Assembly (NCBI GenBank): GCA_043818055.1
Contig: JBDRGF010000076.1
Location: 1 to 31,416, forward strand
DNA from: Pseudomonadota bacterium
Lineage (GTDB): Bacteria; UBA10199; 2-02-FULL-44-16; JBDRGF01
DNA length: 31,416 nucleotides
Direction of reading: 5' to 3'
Shown here: positions 25,504 through 31,416 of the stretch, piece by piece
How positions within the stretch are numbered: position 1 is the stretch's first letter
How the letters are laid out: each line of letters starts with the position of its first letter
Translations under genes and position numbers: made by a program
Notes under the pieces: generated by a model
The model's database searches: none
The model's input: only the letters and a program-made list of their open reading frames with translations
What the model was told of the DNA's origin: nothing

Positions 25504-26856
25504 TTAAAACAAGTGTTTTATAAACCCCTTAATATTCCACAAACGGTTGATGTCGTTGAATGTCACTACCGCCATAAGTGTGAGCAATAGCGCAAGCCCT
25601 ATCCGCATCGCATTCATTCTGATCTTCATGCTCACCGGTTTTCGTATTATCGCCTCTATTCCGAAAAAGAAAAGATGTCCTCCATCCAAAACCGGAATAG
25701 GCAATAAGTTGAAAATTCCGAGTTGAAGACTTATGAATGCCAGAAAATAGAGAAAATGGGTAAAGCCACTGGCTGCAGCATTTGCCGAGGCCTTGGCTAT
25801 CATGATCGGACCGCCTACCATCTTTATTGAAAGATTGAATGAGAGAAGGCGTTTTAATATGGTAAATGTAAGCGAGATCAGTTTTATATTTTCCCCAGCG
25901 CCTAGTTTTATAGCTTCAAAAAATGGATAGCGCTTTTTGACAGTCTTTAAATTGGCAAATCTGTCCTTGCTAACACCCACCAACCAGCGTTTATAGCCTT
26001 CATTATATTCAGGCACGATTTTAAGCTTTATGACCTCCTGATTTCGCTCGACTGTGAATTCAATCTCCTCACCTTTGAACTCCTGAATCCCTTCTGCAAA
26101 TTCTATCCAGTCGATGACGGGAGCTCCATTGATAGCTAAGATAAGATCTCCCTCCTTGATACCGGCATTGGCTGCGGGACTTTTTGGGACTACGCTATCT
26201 ATACTGGCCTGATTTTCCGTGAAGAGGTATGGCTCTATTCCCGTGTACCCACCCTTCATTCCGGAGAGTTCCATGACCTTGAGATGTTTGGTGAGGATCT
26301 CACCCTTTCGATCGACGGAGATGTTCGCCTCTTTTCCCATGTTGAGAGAGAGGAATTGTAGGGCATCGTTCCACGTCGCAACATCTTTGTCATTGACGCT
26401 CACAATTATATCGCCCTGCCTGACATCAGCTTCAACTGCCGGAGAATTAGTGCGGACATTTTCTATCACAGGAGGATTAGAGAGGAACTCAGGCTCAGTT
26501 CTTCCAAGCATGAAGACGACCGGCATTATCATAAAGGCTAAGATGAGATTCATAAGAGGGCCTGCGACTACAACTCTGAACCTCTTGAAGAGCGATTGAT
26601 TGCAGAACGCCCTTGGGTCTGAAGAATCTGTCTCCTCATCATCTGGATCTTCGCCCGTCATCTTGACATATCCGCCGAATGGAAGGATGCAGAGTTTATA
26701 CTCGGTCTCTCCCTTAGTAAATCCAATGAGCTTTGGCCCGAATCCGAGGGAGAATTCCTCGACCTTGATCCCCGCTCTCTTGGCAGCCAGAAAATGCCCC
26801 AGCTCATGTATGAAGATCAGAATTCCAAGAACAATTACGAAATAGATTATAGTCAT
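25504..26856 (-). CDS. rseP: RIP metalloprotease RseP (two PDZ domains)
   Basis: IHELGH, FSLGFGP, GGYVKM, AGPLMN, NLLPIPVLDGGH. ATG at 26856 follows GGAG; the track start at 26868 is an alternative. Confidence 0.96.
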   Translation of the reverse strand: MTIIYFVIVLGILIFIHELGHFLAAKRAGIKVEEFSLGFGPKLIGFTKGETEYKLCILPFGGYVKMTGEDPDDEETDSSDPRAFCNQSLFKRFRVVVAGPLMNLILAFMIMPVVFMLGRTEPEFLSNPPVIENVRTNSPAVEADVRQGDIIVSVNDKDVATWNDALQFLSLNMGKEANISVDRKGEILTKHLKVMELSGMKGGYTGIEPYLFTENQASIDSVVPKSPAANAGIKEGDLILAINGAPVIDWIEFAEGIQEFKGEEIEFTVERNQEVIKLKIVPEYNEGYKRWLVGVSKDRFANLKTVKKRYPFFEAIKLGAGENIKLISLTFTILKRLLSFNLSIKMVGGPIMIAKASANAAASGFTHFLYFLAFISLQLGIFNLLPIPVLDGGHLFFFGIEAIIRKPVSMKIRMNAMRIGLALLLTLMAVVTFNDINRLWNIKGFIKHLF

Positions 26857-26870
26857 AAATAACTCCAAAT

Positions 26871-26959
26871 GCGCATGTAGTATGTAGCATGTGGCATGTA
26901 GTAAAAGGCCTGTTTAACAAGCTTTTGCCTACATACTACATGCCACATGCTACATGCGC
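26871..26959. repeat. Heptamer-armed palindromic element (family H)
   Basis: gcgcatgtagtatgtagcatgtggcatgtagtaaaaggc...caagcttttgcctacatactacatgccacatgctacatgcgc; encodes the last residues and stop of dxr. Confidence 0.9.
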
Positions 26960-28087
26960 TTTTTCTCTTCCAAACCTGTCGGCTTCGAAGAGGGTCTCGA
27001 GTGAAGTGACCTCTTTCACATCGTGCTCAGACATCACTTTTTCAACAATCGTTGGTATATCGATAAATTTTATCTTATCATTTAGAAATGCCCCTACAGC
27101 AACCTCGTTCGCGCTGTTTAACACTGTGGGCATCGTTCCGCCAGAAGCGAGCGCGTCATATGCCAGCTTCAGAGATTTAAATACATTTCTGTCAGGTTTT
27201 TCAAATGTAAGATTTTGTATTTCAGCGAGGTTGAGTCGCTTCACCGAAGTATTGATGCGCTCCGGAAAGCTCAAGGCATATGCTATAGGGGAACGCATAT
27301 CCGGTTCTCCCAGCTCGGCAACAACGCATCCGTCGCAGTATTCGACGAGCGAGTGCACGATGCTCTGCGGGTGAATGACCACATCGATCTTTTCAGATGG
27401 AATTTTAAAGAGCCAGTGCGCCTCTATCACCTCAAGTCCCTTGTTCATGAGCGTTGCTGAGTCGATCGTTATCTTGCTTCCCATCTCCCATCTTGGGTGT
27501 TTGAGCGCCTGGGCCCTTGTGACCTTTTGAAGCATCTCATAAGTATATCCTCTGAATGGTCCGCCCGATGCCGTGAGAATCAGGCGTTCGACATCGTTTA
27601 CATTATGCCCTGTGAGGGATTGAAAAATCGCGGAGTGTTCGCTATCGACCGGCAGCAACTTCACGCCCTTCTCTTTTACGAGGTCCATGACGAGTTTTCC
27701 ACCCATCACGAGACTCTCCTTGTTCGCAAGTGCGACATCCTTGCCTGCGTTCAATGCTGCGAGAGTCGGCTTCAATCCTATCGAACCTACGATGGCAGAT
27801 ACTACCATATCCGCATCATCAATTGTGGCAACATCACAAGCTCCATCGATGCCGAATTTGATTTCAAGTGTTGAATCGGAGATGAGCGATCTCAATGTTT
27901 TTACAGCCGCTTCATCCCTCACCGATACGAGCCTTGGACAAAATTCCTTTATCTGCTCAGACAAAAGTTTTACATCGTGTCCCTCAGCCAGAGCAACAAC
28001 TTCGAACTTGTCGGGATGCTCTCTCACCACATTGAGAACATTCGTCCCGATCGATCCGGTGCTGCCTAAGATTGAAATTTTTTTCAT
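26936..28087 (-). CDS. dxr: 1-deoxy-D-xylulose 5-phosphate reductoisomerase
   Basis: [59 protein letters not shown]. Confidence 0.98.
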   Translation of the reverse strand: MKKISILGSTGSIGTNVLNVVREHPDKFEVVALAEGHDVKLLSEQIKEFCPRLVSVRDEAAVKTLRSLISDSTLEIKFGIDGACDVATIDDADMVVSAIVGSIGLKPTLAALNAGKDVALANKESLVMGGKLVMDLVKEKGVKLLPVDSEHSAIFQSLTGHNVNDVERLILTASGGPFRGYTYEMLQKVTRAQALKHPRWEMGSKITIDSATLMNKGLEVIEAHWLFKIPSEKIDVVIHPQSIVHSLVEYCDGCVVAELGEPDMRSPIAYALSFPERINTSVKRLNLAEIQNLTFEKPDRNVFKSLKLAYDALASGGTMPTVLNSANEVAVGAFLNDKIKFIDIPTIVEKVMSEHDVKEVTSLETLFEADRFGREKAHVACGM

Positions 28088-28090
28088 AAC

Positions 28091-28888
28091 TTATATTCCA
28101 ACTATGAACTTTAAATAAAAATAAACAAAGGGTCCAGAAAATATCAGTGCATCAAGACGATCGAGTATTCCTCCATGACCGGGAATGAGCTTTCCTGAAT
28201 CCTTCACACCTAAACTCCTCTTTAGCATCGACTCCACAAGATCTCCAAGTGGCGATACGATCCAGAGCCCGAAGGCAATAGCGATGGTGTGCCATGCGCT
28301 AAAGGTCGGAATGAATATCTGTCTTATCACAAAGGCGCCAACCAGACTTCCGAGCAGTGCACCGAAGAATCCCTCCCACGTCTTGTTCGGACTGGTCTGT
28401 GGTGCGAATTTTCTCTTGCCGATAGTTTTGCCAAATGCATATGCAAATGTATCGCAAAGGCATGCGGGGACGAGGGTGAGAAGCACCCACTCCCTTCCGC
28501 CCGGAAGATCCCTGAGCCATATCCAGATCGCCATCGTGATGCCGATATAGACAAGGCCAAAGGAACAAAATCCCAACTTCATCAGAACAGGAGAGGGATC
28601 GGCGGAGGTTTTCATGTAATAGAGTGCGAGAAAAAAGATAATTCCCACCAACAATATGAACGAGAGCTCAAGCTGATCGGCGAAAAAGATCATCGTGAGA
28701 TTTGTGGTAACGATAGCGATGACCAGAAGGATTCGCTCAAGCGGTTTGAATCCTATAAGATGCGAATATTCCGACGCGGCCAAAGCCGTAACCACCACGA
28801 TAAGAATTGAAAATAGCGTGATCGGCATGAACCAGATCGCAGAGAGTATAGCAAAAGCCAACACAATTGCAGTTATTGCTCGAACCAT
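28091..28888 (-). CDS. cdsA: Phosphatidate cytidylyltransferase
   Basis: DTFAYAFG, SPNKTWEG, GDLVESMLKRSLGVKDSGKLIPGHGGILDRLD. Confidence 0.97.
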   Translation of the reverse strand: MVRAITAIVLAFAILSAIWFMPITLFSILIVVVTALAASEYSHLIGFKPLERILLVIAIVTTNLTMIFFADQLELSFILLVGIIFFLALYYMKTSADPSPVLMKLGFCSFGLVYIGITMAIWIWLRDLPGGREWVLLTLVPACLCDTFAYAFGKTIGKRKFAPQTSPNKTWEGFFGALLGSLVGAFVIRQIFIPTFSAWHTIAIAFGLWIVSPLGDLVESMLKRSLGVKDSGKLIPGHGGILDRLDALIFSGPFVYFYLKFIVGI

Positions 28889-28898
28889 AATACCCCTC

Positions 28899-28979
28899 CA
28901 AATAACAAATTACAAAATACAAATAAACTTCAAATCACAAAAAACAAATCCCCAAAAATATGTTTGAATATTGTAATTT
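28899..28979. repeat. CAAAT-type heptamer array with a partial complementary arm
   Basis: caaataa caaatta caaaata caaataa actt caaatca caaaaaa caaatcc ... tgtttgaatattgtaattt. Confidence 0.75.
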
Positions 28980-28985
28980 CATCTT

Positions 28986-29687
28986 CTATATTTTTCCAAA
29001 CCTTCTCTCCCTCTTCGAATATTCTTCAAGGGCTTTGTCCAACTCATCATCGCCAAACTCAGGCCAGGGAACATCTGTGAAGAAGAGCTCTGTATAGGCC
29101 AACTGCCATAATAAAAAATTGCTGATCCTGTATTCACCGCTCGTCCTTATCAAAAGATCCGGGTCGGGAACATCAGATGTGTCGAGATATGATGAGACGA
29201 TTTCGGGTGTCAAATCGACACTGATATTTTCAGACACCATTTTTTTAATCGCCCTGATTAGCTCCTGCCTCGATCCATATGAAAGCGCAACAATCAGTGT
29301 TATATCTTTACAATCCTTTGTGAGCTCGATGGTTTTATCGATGCTCGCTTTGAGTTCTTTAGGCAATTTATCGCGATCACCTATCGAGAGAAATCGCACC
29401 CCCTCTTTGAGCATGCCGTCGCGCTTCGAGTCGAGATAGTGGCCGGCAAGTTGCATCAGAGCTTCTACCTCATTTGAAGGACGATCCCAGTTCTCCTCCG
29501 AAAAGGCGTAGAGTGTGAGATACGAGATGCCCCTCGACTTACAGGAGCGGACTATGCTCTCAATTTTGGAGGCGCCTTTGCTGTGACCTTCGAGTCGTGA
29601 AAGACCCTTTAGGCCAGCCCATCTGCCATTTCCATCCATGATTATAGCAACATGAGCTGGAACATTTTTTATGGAGGTGTTTGACAA
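28986..29687 (-). CDS. uppS: Undecaprenyl diphosphate synthase
   Basis: HVAIIMDGNGRWA, YAFSEENWDRP, PDPDLLIRTSGEYRISNFLLWQLAY, RERRFG. Confidence 0.98.
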   Translation of the reverse strand: MSNTSIKNVPAHVAIIMDGNGRWAGLKGLSRLEGHSKGASKIESIVRSCKSRGISYLTLYAFSEENWDRPSNEVEALMQLAGHYLDSKRDGMLKEGVRFLSIGDRDKLPKELKASIDKTIELTKDCKDITLIVALSYGSRQELIRAIKKMVSENISVDLTPEIVSSYLDTSDVPDPDLLIRTSGEYRISNFLLWQLAYTELFFTDVPWPEFGDDELDKALEEYSKRERRFGKI

Positions 29688-29692
29688 TTGGA

Positions 29693-30250
29693 TTAAACCT
29701 CCATCACATCTTTTTCTTTGTGGGAAACTGTATCATCGACCTTGGTGACATATTCATCAGTGAGCTTCTGGATCATATCGTGACCCTTTTTTTCCTCGTC
29801 TTCTGTAATGCTGGAATCCTTTTTCAACGTCTTCAGGTGTTCGTTTGAATCGCGTCTGACACTTCGGATGTGAACCTTTGCACCTTCTGCTTTGTGTTTC
29901 ATCTGTTTGACGATATCAAGTCTGCGCTCCTCGTTGAGAGGCGGAATCGGAAGGCGGACGACTTTGCCATCGCTCGTCGGATTGATTCCAATCTGAGCCT
30001 TCATTATCGCCCTCTCAATATCTGGAATCGCCTTCGTATCCCATGGCTGAATGACTATCAATCGGGGATCTGGCACAGAAAGTGTAGCAAGCTGATTGAT
30101 CGGTGTTGTGGCGCCGTAGTAATCGACTTTGACATCTTCCAGAATAGAAAGTGACGCCCTTCCCGTACGAATTTTTCCCAATTCGTGACGCAGCCCATCC
30201 AACACCTTATCCATTTTCGTTTTCGCGCTATTAAAAACTTCCTGTTCCAT
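29693..30250 (-). CDS. frr: Ribosome recycling factor
   Basis: KIRTGRAS, VDYYG, IQPWD, PPLNEERR. Confidence 0.98.
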   Translation of the reverse strand: MEQEVFNSAKTKMDKVLDGLRHELGKIRTGRASLSILEDVKVDYYGATTPINQLATLSVPDPRLIVIQPWDTKAIPDIERAIMKAQIGINPTSDGKVVRLPIPPLNEERRLDIVKQMKHKAEGAKVHIRSVRRDSNEHLKTLKKDSSITEDEEKKGHDMIQKLTDEYVTKVDDTVSHKEKDVMEV

Positions 30251-30295
30251 AGTCTACCTCCTAATTTTTTTGATAGTGACTCATATCTAATCGAT

Positions 30296-30323
30296 GTAGG
30301 GGCGGTTCGCGAACCGCCCTTAC
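30296..30323. repeat. GTAG-family REP, single hairpin
   Basis: gtaggggcggttcgcgaaccgcccttac, directly after the pyrH stop. Confidence 0.85.
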
Positions 30324-30328
30324 GCAAA

Positions 30329-31045
30329 TCAAGCGACAATAGTTCCAATCGGCTCGCCCAATACGATTTTTCTCAAATTTCCGGCTTTAAACATGTCGAA
30401 GACTACTATCGGGAGATTGTTATCCATGCACATGCTAACAGCGGTGAGGTCCATCACCTTGAGCTCCCTTTTTAAAACATCGAGGTATGAGAGCTTGTCG
30501 AACTTTTTAGCATTTTTGTTTTTCATCGGATCGGAGTCATAAACTCCATCGACCTTGGTCCCTTTGAAGATGGCATGAGCATCCACTTCAAGGGCTCTTA
30601 ATACGGCTGCTGTGTCGGTTGAAAAGAAGGGATTGCCTGTTCCACCAGCGAATATCACGACTGAACCGGCATCAATTTTTGAATAGGCAAGCTCTCTGTT
30701 GAGAGGAGGAACGATATTCAACATAGGTAGTGATGAGAAGAGCAAACTTTCAATTTTGATCTTTTCGAGCTCCTGCTGCAAAACCATGCTGTTGATCACT
30801 GTAGCCAGCATCCCCATCATGTCCGCTCTCGACCGCATAGTCCCTTTAGCGCTCACGGTATGACCGCGGATGATATTGCCTCCGCCTACGACAATGCCGA
30901 CTCCAACTCCAAGAGATGTGAGATCTTTTATCTCCTTTGCAACACCTGCAGCCTCAGTAAAAGAGATACCAGCCTTCGATTTAGGCGGCATCATAGTTTC
31001 ACCCGAGAGCTTAAGTATGATCTTTTTGAATTTCGGCTTTGGCAT
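30329..31045 (-). CDS. pyrH: UMP kinase
   Basis: LKLSGE, VVGGGNIIRG, ADMMGMLATVIN, GTGNPFFSTDTAA, KGTKVDGVYDSDP. Confidence 0.98.
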   Translation of the reverse strand: MPKPKFKKIILKLSGETMMPPKSKAGISFTEAAGVAKEIKDLTSLGVGVGIVVGGGNIIRGHTVSAKGTMRSRADMMGMLATVINSMVLQQELEKIKIESLLFSSLPMLNIVPPLNRELAYSKIDAGSVVIFAGGTGNPFFSTDTAAVLRALEVDAHAIFKGTKVDGVYDSDPMKNKNAKKFDKLSYLDVLKRELKVMDLTAVSMCMDNNLPIVVFDMFKAGNLRKIVLGEPIGTIVA

Positions 31046-31057
31046 ATCCCCCCCTAT

Positions 31058-31237
31058 TACGTGAAGCGTCCACCCGTGAAGCGTGAAGCGTGGGTGGATA
31101 AATTATTCTACGTGAAGCGTCCACCCGTGAAACGTGAAGCGTGGGTGGATAAATTATTCTACGTGAAGCGTCCACCCGTGAAGCGTGAAGCGTGGGTGGA
31201 TAAATTATTCTACGTGAAGCGTCCACCCGTGAAGCGT
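31058..31237. repeat. Tandem array of 3.5 x 51-bp units built on the GTGAAGC element
   Basis: Unit tacgtgaagcgtccacccgtgaagcgtgaagcgtgggtggataaattattc starts at 31058, 31109, 31160, with a partial copy at 31211; one substitution in unit 2. Confidence 0.95.
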
Positions 31238-31416
31238 TTATAGCTTTTTTATCAAATTTCGTAGCATTCTGGTTTCATGATTTAAAATTTCAAGTAATTC
31301 ATATTTATTTCTTTCTTCTATAAATTTCAGATTACTTGAAATCTCTACCTGCGTCTCCAATTCTGCACATGATCCCAGCGCTACATATAAAAATTGTTTA
31401 TATTCTTTGTTATGAA
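31238..31416 (-). CDS. Four-helix-bundle protein (23S rRNA intervening-sequence protein / bAvd-like family), C-terminal part; 5' end outside window
   Basis: Manual translation of the minus strand gives HNKEYKQFLYVALGSCAELETQVEISSNLKFIEERNKYELLEILNHETRMLRNLIKKL*, matching the family pattern F-L-x-x-A-x-G-S-x-x-E-x-x-T-Q. Not in the ORF track. Confidence 0.85.
   Translation of the reverse strand, partial: HNKEYKQFLYVALGSCAELETQVEISSNLKFIEERNKYELLEILNHETRMLRNLIKKL

Noticed and set aside
882..30475. Numerous antisense or alternate-frame ORFs in the track overlapping confidently called genes
   Set aside because: Shadow ORFs with no motifs, RBS or signal features.
31058..31237. CRISPR array
   Set aside because: Units are contiguous and essentially identical with no unique spacers, and no cas genes are in the window.
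30860..31243. ORFs with repeated peptides (VKRPPVKREAWVDKLFY on +, RRIIYPPTLHASRVDAS on -)
   Set aside because: They follow from a 51-bp (17-codon) DNA repeat overlapping pyrH; there is no independent evidence of coding.
31238..31416. Diversity-generating retroelement suggested by the bAvd-like gene
   Set aside because: No reverse transcriptase, and no template/variable repeat pair with adenine-specific mismatches was seen in the window.

Overview
Bacterial chromosomal window; the gene content suggests a deltaproteobacterium-like diderm, which is inference only. The right half (20.8-31.0 kb, all minus strand) is a housekeeping block: pyrH-frr-uppS-cdsA-dxr-rseP-tsaB-hutH-DUF465-psd-pssA-Cys-rich protein. 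The 3' end of a four-helix-bundle (23S rRNA IVP-like) gene, absent from the ORF track, lies at the right edge. An 841-aa surface protein at 18.2-20.7 kb looks like two fused genes: a propeller/FN3 part ending in a MYXO-CTERM-like segment, then a second signal peptide and a beta-barrel. Between this gene and truA lies a ~13.5 kb accessory region bracketed by two near-identical copies of a palindromic element. It holds (i) an apparent atypical chaperone-usher-like fibre system (pilin-like, chaperone-like and usher-like genes, plus three dispersed paralogous secreted proteins, two with sigma-54-type promoters), (ii) a divergent GldAFG/DUF4340-type ABC operon and (iii) an MNT-HEPN pair. The left end has an RTX-repeat protein and an AlbA_2/HATPase/wHTH gene. 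Most intergenic gaps carry short-period (7-8 bp) or REP-like palindromes from several families. Some of these supply stop codons of core genes, and some sit beside the small accessory genes. All family calls come from reading motifs by eye; no database search was run.
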